This document shows, in pieces, positions 16,859-25,842 of a stretch of DNA of 58,512 nt. The DNA comes from an uncultured Alphaproteobacteria bacterium (GTDB taxonomy: Bacteria; Pseudomonadota; Alphaproteobacteria; HIMB59; GCA-002718135): contig CABYIF010000003.1 in NCBI GenBank assembly GCA_902518985.1, positions 1-58,512 of the forward strand. The letters are read 5' to 3'. Below the pieces are notes generated by a model. The model saw only the letters and a list, made by a program, of their open reading frames with translations, was not told the origin of the DNA and searched no databases. The stretch's first letter is position 1. The number at the start of each line of letters is the position of its first letter. A program made the position numbers and the translations under genes.

Positions 16859-18315
16859 AAATCAAATATTTTATCATCAATTATTAAACAATCATGATAG
16901 GATTTTATCGCCTTGAACAAAGAATTATCAGTAGTAATACCTTTTGGAGGAGATTTTATATAAATATAAATTAAAATATTTTGTTGTTTGTCTCCTCTTT
17001 CATTATAAGCAAAAAATTCTGAGAAATGGCAAATTTCTCCTGTTCCCGGATCTTTTTTTTGTGTTTTAAATTTTGTTTGCCCATTTATTACTTTCCATTG
17101 ATATGCTAAAGTTGGTATTATTAATGTAGGCAGATTAATATTTAATTTTTTTTCAAGTTCTTGTTTAGTAATTTCAGTATAAGCTGATATAAAGTCTATT
17201 AACTTTGTTGTTTGCAGTATAATCCCAGGTCTACATGTGTTTTTTTGGTAAGATAAACTTTTTATTTCGCCTTCTCTCATTAGTATTTTAAACAACCAGT
17301 TTTTTGAATTAGGGGGACCATTTTCTCCTGATAAAAATCCATTTTTCCAAAAAGGAAAACTATCATAATTCCAATTAGTAATTTTTAATATTTCGTCTAT
17401 GGTATCTTCTTCTGAATTCAAATATTCTACAAATTTATTAAAAAAAATATTTAATCTTTTTGTAAATGTAGAATAAATGGGTTCAATTTTTAATTTATTT
17501 ATTAATTTTATATTTTTAGTATTAGTATTATTTAAATAAGAAATTGTAGAATTAAAAATATTTTTTTCTAATTGCTGTTTATATTTATTGTTATTAAAAA
17601 ATTTTTTTATCAAAATAGCAGATATATAATTAAAAAAATTAAATTCACATTTAGAGTCAATGTTAAATTGTAATTCTTTATCAGAAGAAATATTTGGTTG
17701 AATAAAAAGTAATGAAGGAACTTTGTATCTAATTGATAAGACAAAGTGCATTATAACAGAAATTGGCATTAAATATCTTGCCTGTCCTCTTTTTTTATCT
17801 AAAACTCTCTCTCTTTCATTTAATTTAGAGTCATCATAATGAGTGCCTGGACATTTAAATAAAAATGGAATTTTGTTTTTTGCAGCTACAATAACTCTAC
17901 CTTTTCTTTGTAACTCAGAGTTGCCAAGGGGGATAGTATCGGTTGTTTCACCGGCAAGAATTACAGATTTTAAAGTATAATCAAATATTACAAAATCTGG
18001 TTTATCTATGTCTCCAATTAATTTTTCTATTTGAACTGTTAATGACCAATCATTATATCTTCCACATATTTTAACGGCAATATAATGAGATGTATTTATA
18101 ACCTTAAAAATATAGAGGGGTGTTTCTAGATTTTCATGCAAACCTATAAAGTTTAAATTTTCAGAATGATCTACAATTCCATCCAGTAATTTCACACCTT
18201 CCCAGATTGAGTCACCATAGATTTCATAAAGATAAGGATTATATTTTATAATTTCATTTGAAGTTAATATTTTATTTTTAGTCTTCATCAATTTCTTTTT
18301 TAAATATAAGGACAT
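16855..18315 (-). CDS. Unknown 486-aa protein with a PD...E-x-T/K-like signature; candidate large restriction-endonuclease/recognition subunit
   Basis: Contains DKPD107FVIFDYTLKSVILAGE123TTDTIPLGNSE134LQRK138GR. Sits between two DNA MTase genes in one overlapping operon. No named family recognised. Confidence 0.4.
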   Translation of the reverse strand: MSLYLKKKLMKTKNKILTSNEIIKYNPYLYEIYGDSIWEGVKLLDGIVDHSENLNFIGLHENLETPLYIFKVINTSHYIAVKICGRYNDWSLTVQIEKLIGDIDKPDFVIFDYTLKSVILAGETTDTIPLGNSELQRKGRVIVAAKNKIPFLFKCPGTHYDDSKLNERERVLDKKRGQARYLMPISVIMHFVLSIRYKVPSLLFIQPNISSDKELQFNIDSKCEFNFFNYISAILIKKFFNNNKYKQQLEKNIFNSTISYLNNTNTKNIKLINKLKIEPIYSTFTKRLNIFFNKFVEYLNSEEDTIDEILKITNWNYDSFPFWKNGFLSGENGPPNSKNWLFKILMREGEIKSLSYQKNTCRPGIILQTTKLIDFISAYTEITKQELEKKLNINLPTLIIPTLAYQWKVINGQTKFKTQKKDPGTGEICHFSEFFAYNERGDKQQNILIYIYIKSPPKGITTDNSLFKAIKSYHDCLIIDDKIFDL

Positions 18316-19138
18316 TTTGATGAATCATTGAGGGAACAAAAGAATATGGGTAGCCGTATACATGTAGAGATTTACTCTGATCAAACCAAATTAAATTAGC
18401 CTTTAAATTAAAACCTTCAATAGTTGATATGCTATTTGCTAAATCTGCAGATAAAATATGGTAATGTTTATCTCTATATATATCGCCAATAAAAACTCCC
18501 ATATATTTTTTATTTTTGAGTTTTTTAAAACATTTTTGAAATATTTCTTTCATATCTAAAAGCCAATCTTCTTTACTTAAAGAATTTGACTTATTAAATT
18601 TAGAAAGTTTTGAGATAGTAGCTTTTTTACTTCTTGTTTTTTTTAACTGATCAACATTCCAGTATGGGACATCAGTGAGTATAAAATCAATGCTATTATT
18701 TTTAATATTTTTTTCTAAAACTTCTTTAGCATTACCATGATAAGTTTGCTCAGCCTTTATTTTTTCTAATTTACATACTTTTTTATATATATTTATCCAT
18801 TTATTATTTAATTCTATACCTACCGCTTTTCTATTGCATAAAGATGCGCCTATTAATGTTCCACCAACTCCCATAAGCGGATCTAAAACTAAATTATTTT
18901 TTTTGGTAAAAATTTTTATTAAATCTAAACACAAATCAGGTGGTTTTTGCCCACCATGCTCTGATCGTAATTTATGCTGTAAATTAACTGGATATGCTTT
19001 ACTGATTACAGATTTTGTAGAAAATTTCCATTCAGATCCAGTAAGTTCATTTACTTTATTATTATCTGCAACTTTTGATTTTGAGTCTAATTTCTTTTTA
19101 GTTAGTTTTTTTTTATAATTAAATAATTGTTTTTGCAT
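18278..19138 (-). CDS. DNA amino-methyltransferase (N4C/N6A, PF01555-like sequence) with permuted motif order
   Basis: 286 aa. EHGGQKPPDLCLDLIKIF...VLDPLMGVGGTLIGA...AVGIELN (motifs X and I-III) precedes FILTDVPYW (motif IV-like, residues 156-159, nt 18662-18673). Confidence 0.7.
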   Translation of the reverse strand: MQKQLFNYKKKLTKKKLDSKSKVADNNKVNELTGSEWKFSTKSVISKAYPVNLQHKLRSEHGGQKPPDLCLDLIKIFTKKNNLVLDPLMGVGGTLIGASLCNRKAVGIELNNKWINIYKKVCKLEKIKAEQTYHGNAKEVLEKNIKNNSIDFILTDVPYWNVDQLKKTRSKKATISKLSKFNKSNSLSKEDWLLDMKEIFQKCFKKLKNKKYMGVFIGDIYRDKHYHILSADLANSISTIEGFNLKANLIWFDQSKSLHVYGYPYSFVPSMIHQNVLIFKKEIDED

Positions 19139-19254
19139 AAATATTTAGAGAAGTGTTATTTATATTCATTTTTATTTATACCATCATTCCAATAAAGGTT
19201 AAAAGGGTTATTCGGATTGAGTGAGATCCTACTCTATGATAATAACAATTTTAA

Positions 19255-19329
19255 GCTGATATAGTATAATGGTTATTACAGGCCGTTGGTAACGGTCAGA
19301 CCCAAGTTCGATTCTCGGTATCAGCACCA
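19255..19329 (+). tRNA. tRNA-Thr (anticodon GGU), CCA encoded
   Basis: Hand fold. The acceptor GCTGATA/TATCAGC is perfect. The D-arm is GTAT-AATGGTTA-TTAC. The anticodon stem is GGCCG/CGGTC with loop TTGGTAA. The T-arm is CCAAG-TTCGATT-CTCGG with one A-C mismatch. The discriminator is A, followed by CCA. Confidence 0.8.
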
Positions 19330-19336
19330 TTTTTTA

Positions 19337-19723
19337 ATGAAATACATAATTATATTACTAATTACCTTAATAAGCATACAAATAATGGCAAAACAAATAT
19401 CAGAATTCTATTGGAAAAAGAGACTGCTTATAGTCTCTTATGAAAAAGAAGATGATCAAATATTTATAATAACTAAAAAATTTATATCTGAAAAAAAATG
19501 TGAAATTGATGATAGAAATTTAGAAATAATTTTTTATGAAAATTTTGAAAATAAAGATTATTTTAAACCAGAATTTATTAACAATAAATATGGTATATGG
19601 TTAATTGGTTATGATGGAAAGATTAAAGATTATAGCTTAGATGGTAAAATTTTTTTAAAATTATTTGATTTAATAGACTCAATGCCAATTAGAAAAGATG
19701 AGATGAATAACGATAAATGTTAA
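19337..19723 (+). CDS. Secreted DUF4174-like protein
   Basis: The track ORF begins at 19286, inside the tRNA, so I use the internal Met at 19337. MKYIIILLITLISIQIMA looks like a signal peptide. WKKRLLIVSY and WLIGYDGKIK resemble the DUF4174 pattern. Confidence 0.5.
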   Translation: MKYIIILLITLISIQIMAKQISEFYWKKRLLIVSYEKEDDQIFIITKKFISEKKCEIDDRNLEIIFYENFENKDYFKPEFINNKYGIWLIGYDGKIKDYSLDGKIFLKLFDLIDSMPIRKDEMNNDKC

Positions 19724-21882
19724 ATTTTATTTTTTGATTTAAATTCCAATCTTCTTTTATGTAATATAGGTTCTGTATAACCAGATGGTTGATTAATTCC
19801 ATCAAAAACAAGGTCTTTTGCTGCTTGGAAAGCAATCGTATTGTAGCTTGGTGACATTGGTATGTAATTTTTATCACCTAAATTTTGTTTATCAACAACT
19901 ACAGCCATTTTTTTTAAAGCATTCAATGCCTGATCTTTAGTTATGAGACCACTTGTTATCCAATTAACAATTGCTTGTGAGGATATACGGCAAGTAGCTC
20001 TATCTTCCATTAATCCAATATTATTAATATCTGGAACTTTTGAGCAACCTATTCCCTGGTCAATCCATCTAACGACATATCCTAGAATTCCTTGGGCATT
20101 ATTTTCTATTTCTTTAGTGATTTCTTCTTCAGACAAATTTCTTTTATTTAATAAAGGCAATGTTAATAAATCATCCATTGTGCCTCTTTTACCCATCGCT
20201 TCAATTTTATCTTGAATATTAAAAACATTAACATAATGATAATGCATTGCATGCAATGTTGCTGCAGTTGGACTGGGAACCCATGAACAATTTGCCCCGG
20301 CTTTAGGATGTGAAATTTTTTGTTGTACCATTTCTAACATTAAATCTGGCATAGCCCACATTCCTTTACCAATTTGTGCTTTTCCTTTTAAACCACACTC
20401 TAATCCAATATCTACATTTCTATCTTCATATGATTTTATCCACGGTGCATTTTTCATCTCTAACTTTGTGATAAATGCACCAGCTAACATCGATGTATGT
20501 ATTTCATCACCTGTTCTATCTAAAAATCCTGTATTAATAAAAGCGATTCTAGATTTTGCTGCTCTTATACACTCTTTTAAATTTATACTTGTTCTTCTTT
20601 CCTCATCCATTATTCCAATTTTAATTGTATTGATAGGAAGTTCTAACAATTTCTCTATTGACTCAAAAAGCTTTACAGTGAATCCAACCTCTTCTGGTCC
20701 ATGCATTTTAGGTTTGACGATATAAATAGAATTATGAATAGAATTTTTATTTGATGATTTTTTTAAATCATGAATAGCTATCAAAGACGTTATTACACCA
20801 TCCATGATACCTTCTCCAATTTCAGCATGATCTTGGTTTAAAATTATTTGTGTTGTCATTAAATGACCAACATTTCTAACTAACATCAAAGATCTGCCTT
20901 TGAGTATTTTTTTTCTTCCATCAAGGGTTTGAATATGAATATCTTGATTTAAAACTCTATGTATTGTTTTATTATTTCTTTTAAAAGTTGATTTCAAATC
21001 ACCTTTCATTAAACCTAGCCAATTCTTGTATGCTAAAATTTTATCATTCTCATCAACTGTCGCAACGCTATCTTCACAGTCCAAAATTGAAGAAATAGCA
21101 GCTTCAAAGATTATATCTGATATTCCAGCAGCATCTAATTTTCCAATTTCATGATTTTTATCTATTATAATTCTGCAATGAAGATTGTTTACAATTAAAA
21201 CTAATTCACTTAACTTCTTATTTTTATGTAGACGTATGCCTACAATTTGACTTTCATTTAGAAGCTTAGTTGATTTATTTGTTTTAAGATTAAAAGATAT
21301 TTTATTATTACTTAAATCTATACTAGTTATGTTAAGCCATGACGACTCATATAAAGGTGCTATTTTATCTAGATGTTTTCTGGCATATTCCACAACCCTC
21401 TCTCCTCTTCTAGGGTCGTACTCTTTGGTGCTTGGTGGGCTGCCTAGAACATTTGTTCCATATATAGCATCATAAAAACTTCCCCATCTAGAATTAATTG
21501 CATTTATTGCATATCTTGCATTTGTTATTGGAACAACTAATTGAGGTCCACAAATGTTTGCTATTTCGGGATCAACATTTTTAGTATCAATTTTAAAATC
21601 ATCGCCCTCCTCAATTAAATAACCAATTTTAATAAGGAAATTTTTATATTCTGAATTTATGATTTTTTTTCCTTTGTTTTCTTCATGCCAAATATTAATT
21701 TTAGATTGTAATTCTGATCTCTTTTTTAATAGATTTTTGTTGATAGGATCTAATTCAACAACAATATTTGAAAAACCTTTCCAAAATTTATCTTCATTTA
21801 TATCTGTGCCAGGTAAAATTTTTTGATTTACAAAATTATAAAAATTTTCTTTTATAATTAAATTATTTTTTTTTATAGACAT
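19720..21882 (-). CDS. glcB: Malate synthase G
   Basis: 720 aa, full-length MSG architecture. Contains GSFYDAIYGTN, IVKPKMHGPEEV, IMDEERRTS, GFLDRTGDEIHT and MEDRATCRIS motifs. Confidence 0.92.
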   Translation of the reverse strand: MSIKKNNLIIKENFYNFVNQKILPGTDINEDKFWKGFSNIVVELDPINKNLLKKRSELQSKINIWHEENKGKKIINSEYKNFLIKIGYLIEEGDDFKIDTKNVDPEIANICGPQLVVPITNARYAINAINSRWGSFYDAIYGTNVLGSPPSTKEYDPRRGERVVEYARKHLDKIAPLYESSWLNITSIDLSNNKISFNLKTNKSTKLLNESQIVGIRLHKNKKLSELVLIVNNLHCRIIIDKNHEIGKLDAAGISDIIFEAAISSILDCEDSVATVDENDKILAYKNWLGLMKGDLKSTFKRNNKTIHRVLNQDIHIQTLDGRKKILKGRSLMLVRNVGHLMTTQIILNQDHAEIGEGIMDGVITSLIAIHDLKKSSNKNSIHNSIYIVKPKMHGPEEVGFTVKLFESIEKLLELPINTIKIGIMDEERRTSINLKECIRAAKSRIAFINTGFLDRTGDEIHTSMLAGAFITKLEMKNAPWIKSYEDRNVDIGLECGLKGKAQIGKGMWAMPDLMLEMVQQKISHPKAGANCSWVPSPTAATLHAMHYHYVNVFNIQDKIEAMGKRGTMDDLLTLPLLNKRNLSEEEITKEIENNAQGILGYVVRWIDQGIGCSKVPDINNIGLMEDRATCRISSQAIVNWITSGLITKDQALNALKKMAVVVDKQNLGDKNYIPMSPSYNTIAFQAAKDLVFDGINQPSGYTEPILHKRRLEFKSKNKI

Positions 21883-21928
21883 CTTAAAATAATTAGATCT
21901 TTACATTAATATTAAAAATATTAAATTT

Positions 21929-22336
21929 TTATTTATTATATTTTTTAAACTTAGGTATACGAGAGTCTAAATTATAATAATCAAGTTTATTTTTAGTAAA
22001 TATATTTGATTGAGTTTTCAATTTTGTTGGATTGTCAAACATCCCTGCTGAGATACTTATAGTATCACTTTTCTTAATCTTATAAAATATACTAGCTCCA
22101 CACTTAGTACAGAAACCTCTTTTGGCAAATGTTGATGAATTATACCATTTTAAAGTACGTTTACTAATGTATGAAATATTCTTTTCAGGACTATTAGTAT
22201 AAGTAGCGAAATTACCATGAGTTTTCATACATTGAGAACAATGACAATTAAGTACATGTCTAAGTTTTCCAACAATTTTAATTTTAATACCTCCACAAAG
22301 ACATTTAGCAGTTTTTGAGGAAGATCTTTTTTTCAT
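21929..22336 (-). CDS. GFA/CENP-V family zinc protein (glutathione-dependent formaldehyde-activating enzyme-like)
   Basis: 135 aa with Cys clusters CLCGG...CHCSQC...FCTKCG. Confidence 0.8.
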   Translation of the reverse strand: MKKRSSSKTAKCLCGGIKIKIVGKLRHVLNCHCSQCMKTHGNFATYTNSPEKNISYISKRTLKWYNSSTFAKRGFCTKCGASIFYKIKKSDTISISAGMFDNPTKLKTQSNIFTKNKLDYYNLDSRIPKFKKYNK

Positions 22337-22337
22337 A

Positions 22338-22754
22338 TTACAGTTTATTATAACTTTTAAAAATTAATATACCCGTAAAAAGTGCAATGATCGTAAAGAA
22401 ATATGCATTTGTTGTAATAATTTCAATATTTGTTTCTCCAGGACTTTCAGTAATAACATACCTCCAAAAGTTGACAGAACAAGCTATTTGAAAAACAAAA
22501 ATTGATAGAAAAATTGGCAATTGTTTATCAATATTTCTAAATAAGATAATTATTAAACCAATAACAAAGGTTAGAAATATTATTCCTAATATTTCAGATA
22601 AACCTGCTATAGCATGGTTAAAAAAACCAAGATTTGCTAATGCAAATTCATCTGTAAAAACCAGGAGTTGAATTGAATAATAACTAAAAAAAAATATATT
22701 CATAATGATAATTAATATATCTATTTTTTTATTCATTTTTATATATGGTAACAT
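22338..22754 (-). CDS. Small 4-TM membrane protein, unknown function
   Basis: 138 aa and hydrophobic. No family recognised. Confidence 0.45.
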   Translation of the reverse strand: MLPYIKMNKKIDILIIIMNIFFFSYYSIQLLVFTDEFALANLGFFNHAIAGLSEILGIIFLTFVIGLIIILFRNIDKQLPIFLSIFVFQIACSVNFWRYVITESPGETNIEIITTNAYFFTIIALFTGILIFKSYNKL

Positions 22755-22772
22755 TAATTAATCGTTCATAAT

Positions 22773-23429
22773 ATGAAAATAACTCTATATTATTTTAAAA
22801 TACCATTCTGGAGAGCAGAAGTTACCCGACTTTCTCTATACATAGGAGATATTCCTTTTGAAGATTATAGAATCCAAGGTGACGACTATGATAAGTTTAA
22901 GAAAACAGGAGAATTGCCTAATAAGAAAATAGCTCCTTTTAAACAGTTACCAGTTTTAGATGTTGATGGAAAAATTTTTGCTCAAACTGGAGCCATTGCG
23001 AGATTTTGTGGTAAACTTTCAGGACTGTATCCTAAAAACGATGACTATAAGGCTGCTTTGATTGATCAAATTATTGAAGGAGCTCAAGATATCAATTATC
23101 TTGTAACATTATCTGGTAGAGATAAGGATACTGAAAGAAAAAAAATTGCAAGAGATATACTTGCTACGAAGCATCTTCCTAAGTGGTTCCAATTTTTGGA
23201 AAATCTCTTAAAACAAAATACTAAATCAATCTATTTTGTAGATCATGATTTAACTATAGCTGACCTAGCTATATGGAGGTTACTTGGTTGGTTAAAATCT
23301 GGAATGCTAGATGGAGTTCCAACAACTATACTAGATAACTATGGGAGTTTAAATAAACTCAGAGAAGAAATTAATAAAAATCCAAAAGTTATAAAATGGA
23401 TGGATCAAGTATACGGAAAAACTATTTAA
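22773..23429 (+). CDS. Glutathione S-transferase
   Basis: 218 aa. Has a thioredoxin-like N-domain (QLPVLDVDGKIFAQTGAIARF) and a helical C-domain. Confidence 0.8.
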   Translation: MKITLYYFKIPFWRAEVTRLSLYIGDIPFEDYRIQGDDYDKFKKTGELPNKKIAPFKQLPVLDVDGKIFAQTGAIARFCGKLSGLYPKNDDYKAALIDQIIEGAQDINYLVTLSGRDKDTERKKIARDILATKHLPKWFQFLENLLKQNTKSIYFVDHDLTIADLAIWRLLGWLKSGMLDGVPTTILDNYGSLNKLREEINKNPKVIKWMDQVYGKTI

Positions 23430-23433
23430 TTAT

Positions 23434-24171
23434 ATGACGGCTTTAAGTGTAAATATTAATAAATTTGCTTTAGTTAGAAACGCCAGAGGTGCTAATATGC
23501 CAGATATTGTAGATATTAGTGCAAGGTGTCTTCAATATGGGGCGGACGGAATAACTGTGCATCCAAGACCAGATGAAAGACATGTTAAATTTTCTGATTT
23601 GCTACCTTTACAAAAAATAGTTTCAAAATATGAAAATAAAGAATTTAATGTTGAAGGATATCCCTCTGAAAACTTTATTGAAAAAGTCATAAATGCAAAA
23701 CCTAGTCAAGTAACATTAGTTCCCGATCCACCAGGCGCATTAACATCATCTTTTGGATGGGATTGTGAAAAGAATAAAAGTTTATTGACTGAAGTTGTTA
23801 AAGAATTTCATAATAATGAAATAAGAGTTTCATTATTTGTCAATCCTTCTAAAGAAACATTAGAAAATTTAGATATTATTGCAACAGATAGAATTGAACT
23901 TTATACCTACAATTACGCACATAATTATTCAAAAAATAAATCTGAAGCAATTAAATCCTATGTTGAGGTATCTCAATTTATAAAAAGTAAATTTCCAAAA
24001 ATAGGATTTAACGCTGGACATGACCTAAACTTAGAAAATTTGGATTATTTTTTAACATCAATTACAAATATTAAAGAGGTATCAATTGGACATGCATTAA
24101 TTTGTGATACTTTTAATTTTGGATTAGAAAAAACGATTAAAAAATATTTAGAAATTTCATCAAAGTTATGA
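23434..24171 (+). CDS. pdxJ: Pyridoxine 5'-phosphate synthase
   Basis: 245 aa. Contains LSVNINKFALVRNARG, GITVHPRPDERH, VTLVPD, ELYT, NAGHDLN and EVSIGHALI motifs. Confidence 0.9.
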   Translation: MTALSVNINKFALVRNARGANMPDIVDISARCLQYGADGITVHPRPDERHVKFSDLLPLQKIVSKYENKEFNVEGYPSENFIEKVINAKPSQVTLVPDPPGALTSSFGWDCEKNKSLLTEVVKEFHNNEIRVSLFVNPSKETLENLDIIATDRIELYTYNYAHNYSKNKSEAIKSYVEVSQFIKSKFPKIGFNAGHDLNLENLDYFLTSITNIKEVSIGHALICDTFNFGLEKTIKKYLEISSKL

Positions 24172-24776
24172 CTTTAATTTTTTGGCTTCAATTTGCTGCG
24201 GTATGTATCGCTGGAGCTATGTCACCGGGTCCCAGTTTAGCTTTGATAATTAGAAATAGTACTAAATTTAATAGGCTTGGAGGAATTATGAGTGCTGTGG
24301 GCCATGGATTAGGCATGGGAGTGTATGCAATTTTTGCTGTTACTGGCTTAAGTATAATTATTTTAACTAATATGTATATTTTTAAATCAATACAGATAAT
24401 TGGTATTATATTTCTATTTTTCTATGGTATTTTATTTATTTTACAAAAAAATGATAAAATAAATATTGATGATAATCAGAATAAACTAAATTCTTTTTTA
24501 CAAGGATTCTCAATATCTATACTAAATCCAAAAATTTTAATTTGGTTTTCTGCAGTTTTTTCTCAATTTGTTAAAAGTGAATCTACTATTTTAACAAATT
24601 CAATATTAGTTATAACTGCTTCTGCAATTGATTGTATTTGGTATATTTTAGTGGCATTAATTGTAACTAGCTATGGTTTAAAAGATTTTTTTCAAAAAAA
24701 AATAAATGCAATTCAAAAAATTTCTGGAACAGTTCTTGTTATAATTTCAATTTTGCTAATAATTGATTTCTTCTAA
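24168..24776 (+). CDS. LysE/RhtB-family amino-acid exporter
   Basis: 202 aa with 6 TM segments. The N-terminal AMSPGPSLALII motif is present. Confidence 0.8.
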   Translation: MTLIFWLQFAAVCIAGAMSPGPSLALIIRNSTKFNRLGGIMSAVGHGLGMGVYAIFAVTGLSIIILTNMYIFKSIQIIGIIFLFFYGILFILQKNDKINIDDNQNKLNSFLQGFSISILNPKILIWFSAVFSQFVKSESTILTNSILVITASAIDCIWYILVALIVTSYGLKDFFQKKINAIQKISGTVLVIISILLIIDFF

Positions 24777-25838
24777 TACTCTTAAAATATTTTTTCCCAT
24801 TACTTTTTCTATTTCTTCCTGATTATATCCTCTACTTTCTAATCTTTCAGCAATCTTAAAATGATCGCCACAATCTTTCCATCCGTTAGGCAGACAATCA
24901 AGTCCGTCATAATCACTTCCAACTCCCACATAATCAATACCAATAAGCTTTATTATATATTCAACATGATTAATAAATATATCTATATCAGGACATACGT
25001 CGGATAATTTTTTTTGGAAAAAATGTTGCTTAGCTAACCATTGAGATGATTTTTTAGGATGCTGTATTTCTATTGATTTTATCTTTTCTTTGTACTGATT
25101 TCTTACTTTTGACTCTCTTTCTTTAAATGTTGGATCAATAAAAAAAGGATATGGATTTATACCTATAAGACCTTTTTTATTTTTAATAGCTATTATTTGA
25201 TCATCATCTAAATTTCTAAAATGTGGACAAATTTTATGAACACTTGAATGAGATGCAATAAATGGCTTTTGGGAAATATTTTCTATATCCCAGAAACTTT
25301 TTTTTCCAATATGAGAAACATCAATTAATACTTTATTTTCTTGGCATATATTTATAACTTCTTTTCCAAATTCATTTAATCCAATAGTTTTAATTTTATT
25401 CTTATTATATTCTTCATCAAAGTTTGATGATACCCAATCAAGTGAATGATTCCATGTTGGCCCTAAGTAAAAGAGCCCTCTGTCAATAAAATGATATAAA
25501 TTTTCTATTTTGTTTTCTATTGCCTCACCACCTTCCATTGAAATGGGCAAAAGAAGTCTATCATTGTTAATGCCTTCTAATATCTCTTGAAGATTTCTAG
25601 GAATTACAACATCTTCTGCGTTTGCTAATTTTTTAAGCTCATCAAACATCCTATTTGCTTTATTGAAGAAATTAGGTTCTGCTGATTTACTTGATACCCA
25701 AATTATTAATATTTGAAGATTGATACAAGACTTCCGAAGCCTAGGTATATCAGTGTGGCCATGAGATGTTTGTTTAGTAACATCCTCACCTTCAATTATT
25801 CTTTGCACAAGATCATTATGCAAATCAGCAACAAACAT
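24756..25838 (-). CDS. Membrane dipeptidase (peptidase M19)
   Basis: 360 aa. Contains DLHNDL, DVSH, IASHSS and GVGSDYDG motifs. Confidence 0.85.
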   Translation of the reverse strand: MFVADLHNDLVQRIIEGEDVTKQTSHGHTDIPRLRKSCINLQILIIWVSSKSAEPNFFNKANRMFDELKKLANAEDVVIPRNLQEILEGINNDRLLLPISMEGGEAIENKIENLYHFIDRGLFYLGPTWNHSLDWVSSNFDEEYNKNKIKTIGLNEFGKEVINICQENKVLIDVSHIGKKSFWDIENISQKPFIASHSSVHKICPHFRNLDDDQIIAIKNKKGLIGINPYPFFIDPTFKERESKVRNQYKEKIKSIEIQHPKKSSQWLAKQHFFQKKLSDVCPDIDIFINHVEYIIKLIGIDYVGVGSDYDGLDCLPNGWKDCGDHFKIAERLESRGYNQEEIEKVMGKNILRVLEEINY

Positions 25839-25842
25839 TTAA

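Noticed and set aside
15080-19254. Searched the island flanks for direct repeats of the tRNA 3' end, att-like repeats, an integrase or a transposase.
   Set aside because: The only shared strings are about 7-mers (TCACTCA in inverted orientation, TTATCAT), which are expected by chance. The island lies on the 5' side of the tRNA, not the 3' side. No recombinase gene is present. Mobility is therefore unproven, and the island call rests on gene content only.
19286-19336. Track start of the 145-aa ORF at 19286 (MVTVRPKFDSRYQHHFL...).
   Set aside because: The first 17 codons are the 3' half of tRNA-Thr read as protein. The real start is most likely the Met at 19337, which begins a signal peptide.
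21883-21928. Looked for a glycine riboswitch upstream of malate synthase G, as described for Pelagibacter glcB.
   Set aside because: The gap to the upstream GFA gene is only 46 nt of A/T-rich sequence. That is far too short for a glycine aptamer, and it contains no conserved G/C-rich core.
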